IMG/VR virus record: IMGVR_UViG_3300027365_000010
Location: 1 to 64,000 of that record
Length of the DNA: 64,000 nucleotides
From: a virus
Reading direction: 5' to 3' (one strand)
The position numbers and the translations under genes are program-made. Positions 9,904 through 20,118 of the stretch are shown piece after piece; positions within the stretch are counted from its first letter, which is position 1; each line of letters begins with the position of its first letter. Under the pieces are notes generated by a model. It had not been told where the DNA came from and searched no databases. It saw only the letters and a program-made list of their open reading frames with translations.

Positions 9904-10584
9904 TCAAGTAAGCATGCATTCTAACATTTCAATAAACTTTAATGTTTTATTACGTTTAACCATACCAAACGGTATAGTAAAACAAAGTGAGTGCTTATAT
10001 AACGGCAATGACTTTAGAGTAGTCATAAGACTATCGTCAGGTATTTCATTTTCCCAACCCTCATGCATGGTGTCTATTATTTTATATAATCTCATTCCAT
10101 TTTCGGGTGGCGGGGTGTCATACTTTTCTTCATACCCACCAGCAAGCAATTTTATACTGCGTCCTTTATAATTGTCAATCATACGTGAGGGTAATTTGCT
10201 CTTCAATGCTTTCTTATCCTTACATAATAAATAGATTGAAAAATCGGTGTAATTAACAATGTTCACAGTGGCATCGTTCATATGATTTTTTATGACATAT
10301 GAAAGAAGATGTGATACTGGTAAAGGTAGATATATTTTAATCGATATAGTCTCGTTTTTTAGAATTTCTTCTAGATCTCTCTTAAAGATGGAAAGCTTTT
10401 CTTTTTTAATGACTCGGCGCGGCTTATCGTAATCATATACTACAAACCCATCTAGATTTGTCCATTCATTCGTTGCTTTTTTGAGCTTAGATGAAAGTAA
10501 TCTTATACGAGGGTGTTTGTATAAGAACGATAAGTCATCTAAAGAAAAGTCATTTTCATTCTTCACTTTAAGCCTTTCATTCAC
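9904..10584 (-). CDS. hypothetical protein, paralog family B
   Basis: LDDLSFLYKHPRIRLL, IKIYLP, LPLYK. Confidence 0.75.
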   Translation of the reverse strand: MNERLKVKNENDFSLDDLSFLYKHPRIRLLSSKLKKATNEWTNLDGFVVYDYDKPRRVIKKEKLSIFKRDLEEILKNETISIKIYLPLPVSHLLSYVIKNHMNDATVNIVNYTDFSIYLLCKDKKALKSKLPSRMIDNYKGRSIKLLAGGYEEKYDTPPPENGMRLYKIIDTMHEGWENEIPDDSLMTTLKSLPLYKHSLCFTIPFGMVKRNKTLKFIEMLECMLT

Positions 10585-10990
10585 AATGTATTTCCGTATT
10601 ATGATTTACCGGACTCTGTATCTTAATGGGAAGATTATATCGTTTCAAATCTTCTTGTCTGTAAAAATTTGCTTGTTTATTATAAACAGCTACCAACTTG
10701 TTGGCATCTTCTAGTGTCTCATCATATCGTCTGCTTATGCTGTTCTTTTTGGAATCACTCATATTCTCACGATGTTTTTCAGCGAGGTATTGCACACGTT
10801 TATATAAGTAAGCCTGTTGAATATTCATATCTACTACTTTACAAGCAACTGTTAAAACTTCGCGTGATTCTTCACCAAGCGATAATTTTTGTGAAGTATC
10901 GCTATTACCGATAGATGAGAAATATACCACAAATAATGTGGCTAGAAAAAATGTGACTAATAATGTTTTAATATAATTACTATTTTTCAT
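10577..10990 (-). CDS. membrane-anchored or secreted protein
   Basis: N-terminal hydrophobic helix; YNKQA...LPIKI tail. Confidence 0.7.
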   Translation of the reverse strand: MKNSNYIKTLLVTFFLATLFVVYFSSIGNSDTSQKLSLGEESREVLTVACKVVDMNIQQAYLYKRVQYLAEKHRENMSDSKKNSISRRYDETLEDANKLVAVYNKQANFYRQEDLKRYNLPIKIQSPVNHNTEIHCE

Positions 10991-10993
10991 ATA

Positions 10994-11797
10994 TTATTCC
11001 TTTTTAAAACGTTCGAGAAGATCATTTACATTTTGGAGTACGTTTTTCTTTGTGAATGCCTCCAAGTATTGATTTTTGACATTAAGATCAACCTTCATAC
11101 CGACATAATTAGCTTCGAATTCCTCGTCGCCATGATACAATTTACTAAGTCGCATAAGACTTTCATATTGTGTTACACTTAAAAAATCATCTTTAATTAT
11201 CAAATAGTAACGTCGTGGTGGCATTGTCCCGGCCACCCACGTATTAAAATCGAGGTAGACTGTTGTGTAACCTAGTGCAAGCTCGCCGTCATGATACTTA
11301 CGTAAATAGTCAATGCCTTTTGCCGCTAAACTCTTAGGTATGTTAATAAAAAATCTACCATCGATGTTACCAAAGTCGCTTTCTGGTAACAATGTTATAT
11401 AACTAGGCGAATTGAATTCAATATTTGGAAAGAATGCCTTTAATAACTCATCGAAGCCCGGTATGGATATTGTATATACAACATTCTCGCCATCTTCATC
11501 GATTAAATAATTTACATTTTCTTTATGTATTTTTGCGTAATACTCGTTCTCACAATAATCACCGTTTTTAGTCTTCCCTTTTAGGCAGATCAAGTCGATA
11601 GCTGTCCTTCTGTTTGGATCTATGAACGTCACATCCCTGTATTTTTCATACACCCATTTTGGAAATGTCCAGACAATAGGGGAGTCTGATGTGTCGTCAT
11701 CCAATAAAGCTTTACTGATTATATGTTTCTGTGTGTTTAAAACAATTTTCTTTGAGTTCGATAATTTAATAAAATCATCAAAGTCTAAATTACTCAT
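10994..11797 (-). CDS. hypothetical protein, distant paralog family B
   Basis: LDFDDFIKL N-terminus. Confidence 0.7.
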   Translation of the reverse strand: MSNLDFDDFIKLSNSKKIVLNTQKHIISKALLDDDTSDSPIVWTFPKWVYEKYRDVTFIDPNRRTAIDLICLKGKTKNGDYCENEYYAKIHKENVNYLIDEDGENVVYTISIPGFDELLKAFFPNIEFNSPSYITLLPESDFGNIDGRFFINIPKSLAAKGIDYLRKYHDGELALGYTTVYLDFNTWVAGTMPPRRYYLIIKDDFLSVTQYESLMRLSKLYHGDEEFEANYVGMKVDLNVKNQYLEAFTKKNVLQNVNDLLERFKKE

Positions 11798-11807
11798 ACT
11801 ATTCCCG

Positions 11808-12182
11808 TTACAAATAGTCACTATACCACGAATCTTTAATACTAATCAACTCAATCTCATAATTCGTTTGATTACTTAGTTCATGTACATACTCATCACT
11901 ATCACCGCTTTCAATTAAAGGTGCGTGAAGTATTGGCACATGAATGATACTATGATCTTCGTAGGTAAACATTACATATCCACCTTTCCATCCATACTTT
12001 GGTGAAAGTTTTTCGATATAATCTAAGAAATCGTCAATGCCGTCGTCATCAGTATTGTCAGCAAGACCATAAATTTTCATTACGATATCAACGGATTTGA
12101 ACTCTGCTACGTGCAGTTTTTTACGCAATCTACGTTTCCGTTTGGGGTTATTTCTTTTTTCTATAGTATCTATTTTAACCAT
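11808..12182 (-). CDS. yggL: YggL/DUF469 family 50S ribosome-binding protein
   Basis: RKRRLRKKLHVAEFK matches the YggL N-terminal signature. Confidence 0.75.
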   Translation of the reverse strand: MVKIDTIEKRNNPKRKRRLRKKLHVAEFKSVDIVMKIYGLADNTDDDGIDDFLDYIEKLSPKYGWKGGYVMFTYEDHSIIHVPILHAPLIESGDSDEYVHELSNQTNYEIELISIKDSWYSDYL

Positions 12183-12184
12183 AA

Positions 12185-12544
12185 CTAGTCTCTCAAATAT
12201 TCATCAACATCGCCGTTATTCCAGCGATTAACTACCGTCTGTTTATCTTCAGCATATACTTGCCTGCCACACCCACCATTATGTACCATGCACCCAAAGA
12301 CCCATTCGGTTCTTTCACGATTTTGAGGGTACAAGCTATCGATAAGTGTAGATTCGTCTGATACTACCTGACCACATGTACAGGGTTCGATAGACACTTC
12401 ATTATCTTTCTCTAAGCCTTGTTTAAGTTCTTCGACTTCATCTTGTAATTCAATCACACGTTTCGCCAAGCTATATTTACTATTACTATCAGCTAAGACA
12501 CGTGCCTCATAATCTAGTGAGAAATTGTCTCTTTTCTGTTTCAT
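12185..12544 (-). CDS. Lar-like (restriction alleviation) zinc-finger protein
   Basis: PCTCG...C..HNGGCG...NRWN pattern. Confidence 0.55.
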   Translation of the reverse strand: MKQKRDNFSLDYEARVLADSNSKYSLAKRVIELQDEVEELKQGLEKDNEVSIEPCTCGQVVSDESTLIDSLYPQNRERTEWVFGCMVHNGGCGRQVYAEDKQTVVNRWNNGDVDEYLRD

Positions 12545-13078
12545 ACAACCACCTTATCTAACATTTCGTCAACGCCATTAATAGTAAGCTTTTCAATAGA
12601 ATCACGCAATAAGTTAAGATCACGAATAAATCTATGTCGGGTAGAGTTATCAATGATACTAGAGTTGAGAATGTTATCAACATTTGTAAGTGTATCATGC
12701 AACATAGGAAAAAAGTTCGCACTGAGAAGATTATTTTTAACTGAAAGTTTGTTTATATGATGAATATCTTCATCATCAAAATACATATTGCTCAAACAGT
12801 CAATACTTTTAGAATGATTACACAATCTAAAAAACCTATATGATGCATACATATCAGTAAGATCTTGTAAATTACTGAACAATATTTCAAGCTCTTCAAT
12901 TAATTCGTTATACTGTTGTGCGAAAATTTTATTATTTTGTAATCTTACAGTATTAAAAAGATCTTCGTTTTACAGGGAATACGGGGGATATAAACTGTTC
13001 GCTGTTTATATCCCATTTATAACTGACTAATGTATTGACGATATTGTTTAATTGTTCAGTAAGAAGAAACCTGCTCAT
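12541..13078 (-). pseudogene. hypothetical gene interrupted by a +1 frameshift near 12953-12969 (recoding, pseudogene or sequencing error)
   Basis: ATG at 13078 overlaps the upstream stop (ATGA); 41 codons end TCT TTT TAA; the +1 frame is open from 12969 to 12541. Confidence 0.55.
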
Positions 13079-13554
13079 TCACAACTCCATAAATGATGAA
13101 TTTTTTCAATATCATTATCGCATAAACCAGTACTTCCATCAACATGTATTAACCTTGAATGATCCTCATACATTTGATCGCCTGAGTCGTCAATAATGAT
13201 ATAATCATCACTATTGATATTATATAGCTCACTATGCTCTATTACTTTTCGGCCTCTCATAAGGCCACCTCCTGTGCTTAGAGCATCACTATGATATGGA
13301 ACCTTTAAAAACCTACAAATATTCTCTGAATCACCATTGAAGGTAGCCCATGATGACACAATGACTACTTGTGCATTGTACTCACTGACAATACTCTGAA
13401 GACGCTTTAGCTTATCACTAACCACATAGTCACCGCGAGTAAAAAAATGTATATCTTCTGGTATCAATCCCGTTGTGCGTAAACTATTATGTAAACGTTC
13501 ATGGTCACTGTAGCAGTTAAGTACACCATCAATATCTAAATAAATTACCTTCAT
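13075..13554 (-). CDS. HAD-superfamily phosphatase (Swiss-Army-Knife RNA repair HAD-like)
   Basis: YLDIDGVLN, IVSSW, IIIDD. Confidence 0.8.
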   Translation of the reverse strand: MKVIYLDIDGVLNCYSDHERLHNSLRTTGLIPEDIHFFTRGDYVVSDKLKRLQSIVSEYNAQVVIVSSWATFNGDSENICRFLKVPYHSDALSTGGGLMRGRKVIEHSELYNINSDDYIIIDDSGDQMYEDHSRLIHVDGSTGLCDNDIEKIHHLWSCE

Positions 13555-15242
13555 TTATGTCCTATGGTTTTATTAGTGAAATTTGTTGCTTGAATTTCAG
13601 AACTGCTGTTAGACATTATATCAAAGCTTACAGAATCTCCGTCACGTGTAAGAACAGTTTCTTTATTACCGTCCGCAGAAGTGAAGAAAATAACTCCACT
13701 GTACTCAGAATTGGTAATAGTAAAAGTGAGTATAAGGCGACTATCGACAGGCTGTACATAAGCCCTATCAATAACCCCATGAATATTAATTGTTTCAATA
13801 TCATTATTCAAATCACTACGTCCATTACTTGACAGGACTGACAAATAGCGTCGTAGTGCAATCTGATAGTTCTCACCATATGCAACCATAGACCGATTGT
13901 CATATGCAACTAAACCAACGCCCTGTGCGTTACCTCTTTCATCTTTAAGAACCGAAAGAAATGTTGTTGTACCACCAATATAATAGGGTACTGGATATGA
14001 AGCGTTGTATCCATATTCTTGCACACGGCCTTCAATAGTATCTTGGGCAACCATTTCAGTAATACCAGAACGGTGATAGTAAGAAGCAACACCTGTGCGG
14101 GTATCGATCAACATGAAGCCCATAGAGCTTTCGTCATTACCACTGTTAGATTGAAGTCCTGTATACCATGACGCAGAACTATCCTTTGAGAACACGATAG
14201 AAGATCCGTGCGTTGCTACTACAACATTATTACCTACGAATCCGTCCCACCATGAACCGGAATACTTACCCCAATAGGTGACCTGATCGCGTACTACACT
14301 TTGGGGATAGATACGGTCTACCCATTCAGGAGCATCTTCTACAGAATACTTTTCAATATCACCCGATTTAGCATCAACAATGATAATACCAAGAACTGTC
14401 TTACCGGAGAAACCAATTTGAGGTTCAACAATAGATCCTACCCAGTAGGGTTTGCCATTGTCATTGACTTCTAACGTATAGTCATCGACCAGTGTGGTAC
14501 TGTAACCGTTTTGGTATACATGACGGTCTACATCTGTAGAAAAATAGTATCCGTTCAAGCCATAAGAAATAGTAGCGTCATCTGTATTCAATTTAGAATC
14601 TGAATATTCATTAACACTAACAGATATGTAGCCGGGTGAGTTGCTGTCATCCATCCAACGGAAAAAAGAGGAATGTTTTAGCGGCGAGACCCAGCGAAGC
14701 TGTCCGTTGATATTTTGTACACGCATAGTATCAACATCGTACCGTGATGCCAAACCACGCTCTTTACCAAGAATTTCGTTTGCAGATCTCGAAGACAGGC
14801 TTTGATCAACAAAACGTGCCTGTGATTGATCGAGAAACACCTTTTCAGGGTCAAATTCGTTTTCACTCTTGACTGTTAGAAGATCGTGATAACGTTCATG
14901 GTGTAAGATTTTAGAACTACTCACAAACAGAACTACAACAAATAGACCCATCAATGAGAAAACGATCCATGATGGTAATTTACTATCGATTTCTGATTGT
15001 GAATATGCATGTGCTTGAAATGAAATTACTACAAATAGTGGAATAATATAATAAGCCCAGAATCCAAAATAAAAGAATCCGATCACAGGGGTAGTCAAGT
15101 ATGCGACTGCGGCACCTGTTAATAGGGATGTAATAAACCACAAGGAACACTTTGGTACACTAATATTTTTAATACCATAACTCAAACAATAGCCAAGCGT
15201 GATGATGATGGCCCATGTAAAGCCCAAGATCATGTAAATCAT
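13551..15242 (-). CDS. membrane protein with a large soluble domain
   Basis: about 4 N-terminal TM helices followed by a 450-aa domain; own sigma70 promoter. Confidence 0.8.
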   Translation of the reverse strand: MIYMILGFTWAIIITLGYCLSYGIKNISVPKCSLWFITSLLTGAAVAYLTTPVIGFFYFGFWAYYIIPLFVVISFQAHAYSQSEIDSKLPSWIVFSLMGLFVVVLFVSSSKILHHERYHDLLTVKSENEFDPEKVFLDQSQARFVDQSLSSRSANEILGKERGLASRYDVDTMRVQNINGQLRWVSPLKHSSFFRWMDDSNSPGYISVSVNEYSDSKLNTDDATISYGLNGYYFSTDVDRHVYQNGYSTTLVDDYTLEVNDNGKPYWVGSIVEPQIGFSGKTVLGIIIVDAKSGDIEKYSVEDAPEWVDRIYPQSVVRDQVTYWGKYSGSWWDGFVGNNVVVATHGSSIVFSKDSSASWYTGLQSNSGNDESSMGFMLIDTRTGVASYYHRSGITEMVAQDTIEGRVQEYGYNASYPVPYYIGGTTTFLSVLKDERGNAQGVGLVAYDNRSMVAYGENYQIALRRYLSVLSSNGRSDLNNDIETINIHGVIDRAYVQPVDSRLILTFTITNSEYSGVIFFTSADGNKETVLTRDGDSVSFDIMSNSSSEIQATNFTNKTIGHK

Positions 15243-15270
15243 AATTTACTCCAATATGTATGAATACACA

Positions 15271-15299
15271 ATGATACTTTATTTCTAAGGGTTTGTCAC
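15271..15299 (-). promoter_or_regulatory. sigma70-type promoter
   Basis: GTGACA-17-TATCAT. Confidence 0.6.
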
Positions 15300-15323
15300 C
15301 CCCATAGATAGCATTACTTTAAA

Positions 15324-15860
15324 TTAATATTTTACGTGCACGTGGAAAACGACATTTACTTCAGTACTAAATGTTTTATATTCCAATATTTCAGAAACAA
15401 TATTCCAATCACCACCGCCCAATCCGCAACCAATTTTAGGGATTATGACATTCAATGTGTTATTAAGTGAGTTGTTTGTGTCATAACACTTTTTGCGAAT
15501 GGCTTCGTTAATCGCAGACTCTAATGCTTCGATAAATGCTCCATAGTTAAAATATCGTCTCTCAGTACCATAATACAATTGTGTATAAAGATTGAATGCC
15601 ATTTTGTGGGGAGGTTTGCCTTCGTCTTCATAACTAACCATACTGAACTTACCAAGTTTTTTATTATGGTCACCACCAACTTCTAGATGATATTCAAGGT
15701 CTGCATGATAAAGTTCTGGAATGCGACTTTTTACATCACGAGCAATTCCACTGTTCATAGTCACCTGACAGTTTGCTCCATGCGCAAATATATGGTATTT
15801 GTTATTGGTCAAAAAGTGATGTACGGCATCACTTTTTTCATAATATAGTATTTTATTCAT
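15324..15860 (-). CDS. macro domain protein (ADP-ribose processing)
   Basis: AHGANCQVTMNSGIA, NLYTQ, PKIGCGLGGGDW. Confidence 0.9.
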   Translation of the reverse strand: MNKILYYEKSDAVHHFLTNNKYHIFAHGANCQVTMNSGIARDVKSRIPELYHADLEYHLEVGGDHNKKLGKFSMVSYEDEGKPPHKMAFNLYTQLYYGTERRYFNYGAFIEALESAINEAIRKKCYDTNNSLNNTLNVIIPKIGCGLGGGDWNIVSEILEYKTFSTEVNVVFHVHVKY

Positions 15861-16425
15861 TATCTCCCACCATTGAGTATTCTTCTATAAGGTTATCTTT
15901 AATTTTATTTTTTATTTCATAAATACTGATTTGCTTATCCACGTAAATCATTTTATGCGGTTGTGTAATAGTACATATGGCAGTTAAATACAATCTATCA
16001 AAGTCATTTAGATGAATACAAATACTATTTTTTTCAGGCTTCTTTTCTAACAATTCCTTTCCGCCATCTATAATATTCGACATAAAGTTTTTCATTTTAT
16101 TCACAAAATCATCATCGTATCTATCAAAGTAGCCATATACTTTACTATTGTTATTACAATCATTCTTAAGACCAGAGAATATACAGACAGTTCCGGTATG
16201 ACTCTTAATAGCAAAATATGTTGGAGTCTTATATAACTCCTGCTTCCCTGTGATATTAAAAACTCGAATCGAATTTTTAAAGGCTTTCAATTCCCATCCA
16301 CGCTTCTTAGAAAGATAGAAGCCTCGTGAGAACGTTTTAACAAGAATTTTCTCCGCATTCTCTTTATAATTGCGAAGAACCCTCCTAGCCTTTCTTTTTT
16401 CTTTAAGTTTTTTAAATATATTCAT
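15853..16425 (-). CDS. hypothetical protein
   Basis: 190-aa ORF in operon. Confidence 0.7.
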   Translation of the reverse strand: MNIFKKLKEKRKARRVLRNYKENAEKILVKTFSRGFYLSKKRGWELKAFKNSIRVFNITGKQELYKTPTYFAIKSHTGTVCIFSGLKNDCNNNSKVYGYFDRYDDDFVNKMKNFMSNIIDGGKELLEKKPEKNSICIHLNDFDRLYLTAICTITQPHKMIYVDKQISIYEIKNKIKDNLIEEYSMVGDNE

Positions 16426-16426
16426 A

Positions 16427-16978
16427 TCAATCTCTATAATATTCTGTTACAGTGATAGCAAAGCTTTCATTTTCATAAAAATATGGATCTTGGCGCTTAA
16501 ATAATGTGTCAAGATGGGTAATTAAAGTATTAGATATGGCTTGAGTATGGGGCAGTTGATTTTCTTTTGGATCAACTAGTGTGTGGAGAACTGCATCGAA
16601 ATTTTCCAGATTTTTGAGACAAGCCTCAACGATACCCGCGCCACCAATAACACAGTACTCAGTCTTTTGGTCAAGACCTTCTTCGCATTGTGAGAGGAAT
16701 TCAATAAATGATGTGAATTGAGACATATCCTCAACAATAAACTTTAGACCTTCGAAGTTGTGATAAGTATCGTCTTTTCGAGTAAAAACAACAAGGGTTT
16801 TATATTTTTCTCTGACTTTCTCAGGTAAAGACTTCCATGTTTTGTAGCCCATGATTAATACTTTACCAGCGCAAAATTTCACAAAATGGTTCATATCTTC
16901 TTTAATCGGAGTACCCCATGGTAATTCACCATTATATGAAAATTCCCCATTCATTCCAGTTGCAAATGCAAGTCTCAT
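16427..16978 (-). CDS. folA: dihydrofolate reductase
   Basis: GELPW...EDMNHF, LIMGYKTWKSLP, VIGGAGI. Confidence 0.92.
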   Translation of the reverse strand: MRLAFATGMNGEFSYNGELPWGTPIKEDMNHFVKFCAGKVLIMGYKTWKSLPEKVREKYKTLVVFTRKDDTYHNFEGLKFIVEDMSQFTSFIEFLSQCEEGLDQKTEYCVIGGAGIVEACLKNLENFDAVLHTLVDPKENQLPHTQAISNTLITHLDTLFKRQDPYFYENESFAITVTEYYRD

Positions 16979-17002
16979 AACTATCTCTCTTATATTTCTT
17001 TT

Positions 17003-17557
17003 TTAATTAATATCGTTTAAGTCTTCAAAATTCAACACAGAAATACTACCACCACTATAATTGTCATACACCATAGAGGATTTAACTGCCTTGATAGCTC
17101 TATTCTTATCTTTCACACTTAGCATATCTAACGCACCGCATGCAAATGTCCCGCCAGAACCTGTTGTGATGAACCCGCAATCATTTTCTTTATAAGAAGT
17201 ATATGACGAACTAGTATATGACCGCGATATCCATTCACGACCATTGTATGAAATAATGTTGACAGTTGAATTCTTTAAATATTTCCGAGGTAGCTTGTTT
17301 CTCAAATAAGCATTCATAAACTTTTCAATTTCCGAAACAATCCCACTCATACATACTATTTCCGTAAAACCGTTTCTTTTAATACGATATGCTTTCTTTT
17401 TATACTGATCGTCAAATGCAACGTTATATGACTTGATAAAAGGCAGTGCGATCTCTTTAGACATGAATGTGATTTTACGCTTAGATTCACTAATATATGT
17501 CAATCGTGTATCTGTCACTACCTTATGATGGCGAAGATCAATAACAACCGTAGTCAT
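17003..17557 (-). CDS. proteasome-beta/HslV-like Ntn hydrolase
   Basis: N-terminal MTT, TDTRLT, TGSGGTFA, DNYSGG. Confidence 0.7.
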   Translation of the reverse strand: MTTVVIDLRHHKVVTDTRLTYISESKRKITFMSKEIALPFIKSYNVAFDDQYKKKAYRIKRNGFTEIVCMSGIVSEIEKFMNAYLRNKLPRKYLKNSTVNIISYNGREWISRSYTSSSYTSYKENDCGFITTGSGGTFACGALDMLSVKDKNRAIKAVKSSMVYDNYSGGSISVLNFEDLNDIN

Positions 17558-17564
17558 ACTATCC

Positions 17565-17933
17565 TCATCCTTTCTTCAAAAGTTCTTGCTGTGCGTTACG
17601 AAGCCATGTGTATACCTCGTTCCCCGACCACATCTTTCTAAGTTCTACAGGAAACAAACGGTGTAGGTTAGAAACGTCGTCATGGACACGTTTATAAAAC
17701 ATATATTCGTCATAGTCTACATCACTATCGTTCGTTTTTGATTTGTGTTGATCGACTTCACTTGCTAAGCTCTCACACTTTTTACGCAGACGTGTCACTT
17801 CATTCTCCAATTCACGACACCGTGTGATATAATAATGTGGATCATAACCATTACGTTGAATGCGCAATGATTTTTGATAATCTGCCCAGCTCTTTTTGAT
17901 ATATTTCTTAAACCGTTCCCATTTACTACTCAT
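17565..17933 (-). CDS. hypothetical coiled-coil protein
   Basis: 122-aa ORF with GAGG SD. Confidence 0.7.
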   Translation of the reverse strand: MSSKWERFKKYIKKSWADYQKSLRIQRNGYDPHYYITRCRELENEVTRLRKKCESLASEVDQHKSKTNDSDVDYDEYMFYKRVHDDVSNLHRLFPVELRKMWSGNEVYTWLRNAQQELLKKG

Positions 17934-17939
17934 ATAAAT

Positions 17940-18266
17940 CTAATCCTTATGATTAACAATTTTTTCAATGTCGTCACGGCTCAATACCGTATCTGATGTA
18001 TTATTTGGTAAGCGTTTGAAAAAACGCACACTATATTTTACAGTGTTTTCAGGATCAAACTTCTCTTCTATTACTGCATAGTGATAATTATCACTAGGCC
18101 ATCCTGAAAAGTTTTCACGTATCCATCTGACATGCTCTTCCATATACGCTTTATCTGAAATGTCGGAATCACTTTTCAATGACGACGCACTTGAATTATC
18201 GTCAATTTCATCTTCACGTTCTACACTATTCTTTCTGAATAAGTTTTTAAATAGTTTCCCAATCAT
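17940..18266 (-). CDS. hypothetical protein
   Basis: 108-aa ORF with AGGA SD. Confidence 0.7.
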   Translation of the reverse strand: MIGKLFKNLFRKNSVEREDEIDDNSSASSLKSDSDISDKAYMEEHVRWIRENFSGWPSDNYHYAVIEEKFDPENTVKYSVRFFKRLPNNTSDTVLSRDDIEKIVNHKD

Positions 18267-18275
18267 GTATGATCC

Positions 18276-18665
18276 TTAAACAAAAATCACCCGAGGCTCA
18301 AATTCCACGTTATGTTGTTCATCCAACACATCATAGCCTCGTTCAGCAATCACTTTATTAGAGTCTACTGGTTTATAGCCGTTCGTCAAGGACCATGTGA
18401 TATGGTACACAGAACCATCAGGGCGCGTAGTCTCACCATCTACTGATACGACCAGTGCTTCAAGTCCATCACCGCTATTAACATATCCTACAACCTTGAT
18501 ACTTTTACCATCAGGAATGTCCTCAGCAGTGACATTACCAAATTGCACAGTAACATGATGAGCGACGACCCTCTGTGGATACGAAGGATTGAACAGCGAT
18601 AGGAGACGATCACGGCAATCTTTAGTTAGAACGTATGCGCTATAGAGTGGTTTTTTGCTTTTCAT
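18276..18665 (-). CDS. 2H phosphoesterase-like protein
   Basis: two HxT motifs: HHVTV and YHITW. Confidence 0.7.
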   Translation of the reverse strand: MKSKKPLYSAYVLTKDCRDRLLSLFNPSYPQRVVAHHVTVQFGNVTAEDIPDGKSIKVVGYVNSGDGLEALVVSVDGETTRPDGSVYHITWSLTNGYKPVDSNKVIAERGYDVLDEQHNVEFEPRVIFV

Positions 18666-18691
18666 AAATACACCTTTTGATATTTCTATCT

Positions 18692-18751
18692 ATTGTACTG
18701 GGTTTAAAATCATTAGTCAACGTTGACTTCGCCTTTGAAAATAGGTAAGAT
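18692..18751. promoter_or_regulatory. back-to-back divergent sigma70 promoters sharing a palindromic -35 region
   Basis: AGTCAACGTTGACT palindrome at 18715-18728; TTGACT-17-TAAGAT (+) and TTGACT-17-TACAAT (-). Confidence 0.8.
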
Positions 18752-18789
18752 ATCGTAATTCTAATCGCTTTTTATAGGTTAAGATTTTT

Positions 18790-19512
18790 ATGATCACTAA
18801 ACAGACCGAGAACTATATCACACTGGGATGTCTAAACGAATACGTTGACAGTCCTAAATTACTATTCAACACGTCTGCACGAAACTTTTTCATAAAACGC
18901 AATGAAGATAAGCGTTATAAGGTTCCTTTTAAGAATCAGCTTCGTGATGAGGAATTCATTCAGTACATCAACGACCCTGAAATCAAGCAAGTAAGTGTAG
19001 ATGTCACACCTCTTTATGACGAACAGCTGTTGAAGATTATCAACCGCCATTCTTATGAAAAGTATACTAGAGAAAAAACATCTAGGTATGGTAGTAACTT
19101 ACCATCCACGTTCAGTCTGTGGGAACGAATAATGTCCAATCATAGAGAGTATGGTATTGTTTGTGGCGTCACAGTTTCGGATGAACTAGAACGAAAAATT
19201 AGAAACACTAATAGTAGTATCCATCTCACTAAAATTCTACATTCGAGTTTAAGGGATCATATCGAAGGGCATAGTCATATTTGTTCACCTACTACCATTA
19301 GCACTACTTCACCTATTCGGAATTTTGTAAATGAACTGAATCGTTATAAATTGATGGGACTATATGCGTCAACCTTGTATTCCATATTCAATCATCGTGG
19401 ATTTGACCCTAACAAAACACGTTCGATTATTAAAACTATAAATGATCTTGACGAAGGGTTTGGGGCTATGACTTTCGATGATATTTACAAGATTAAGGAC
19501 GTTGGACAATGA
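18790..19512 (+). CDS. hypothetical protein (possibly related to family B)
   Basis: 240-aa ORF downstream of a sigma70 promoter. Confidence 0.75.
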   Translation: MITKQTENYITLGCLNEYVDSPKLLFNTSARNFFIKRNEDKRYKVPFKNQLRDEEFIQYINDPEIKQVSVDVTPLYDEQLLKIINRHSYEKYTREKTSRYGSNLPSTFSLWERIMSNHREYGIVCGVTVSDELERKIRNTNSSIHLTKILHSSLRDHIEGHSHICSPTTISTTSPIRNFVNELNRYKLMGLYASTLYSIFNHRGFDPNKTRSIIKTINDLDEGFGAMTFDDIYKIKDVGQ

Positions 19513-19730
19513 AAGTGAATGTGATTGGAGAGAAAAAACTAACAATTATGATTAGTGACTTTTGGGAACAATCTGTAAAAGGTTTCGGAAGCTATTCAAA
19601 AGAGATTTCCAAGTCTGTATATTACAAACATATAGAAAATAATAGTAAGTATATTGATGACAAAAACTATGAAGTCAACTTCGAAGCCATCGGTTCTTCA
19701 TTTTTTGTCTTTATAACGGATAAGTCCTAA
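19509..19730 (+). CDS. hypothetical protein
   Basis: ATGA overlap with the upstream gene. Confidence 0.65.
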   Translation: MKVNVIGEKKLTIMISDFWEQSVKGFGSYSKEISKSVYYKHIENNSKYIDDKNYEVNFEAIGSSFFVFITDKS

Positions 19731-19737
19731 TAACCTC

Positions 19738-19767
19738 TTGACATCTATAAGCAATTACTGTTATTCT
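19738..19767 (+). promoter_or_regulatory. sigma70-type promoter
   Basis: TTGACA-18-TATTCT. Confidence 0.6.
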
Positions 19768-19800
19768 AGTGTCTCATTCATTAGGGTACGAATTTCTTAT

Positions 19801-20118
19801 ATGTTTAAAAATGAAAGATTACGCGCTTTGATGCAGAAATATTTTTCAGAGTATACAGCGCAAGCTCGATACCATAATAAACGGGTTCTTGTTGATATGG
19901 ACAAAATCAACAACTATCATATCTTCAGAGAAAAGTTTGCGGTATATCACGGTCACACAATCTATGAAAACATCCAAAACGATGTGATTTTCAACATTTA
20001 TGTATCACCAATCAATGATATGACGGCAACCCTATCAGTTCTGGTCAAGGTCACATCAGATAACTTTGACAAAGTTTCATCAAGTCTACATATTTCTGAT
20101 AATAAAAAAGAGCCTTAA
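19801..20118 (+). CDS. hypothetical protein (start moved to MFKNER)
   Basis: the TTG start in the ORF track is the promoter -35 box. Confidence 0.65.
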   Translation: MFKNERLRALMQKYFSEYTAQARYHNKRVLVDMDKINNYHIFREKFAVYHGHTIYENIQNDVIFNIYVSPINDMTATLSVLVKVTSDNFDKVSSSLHISDNKKEP

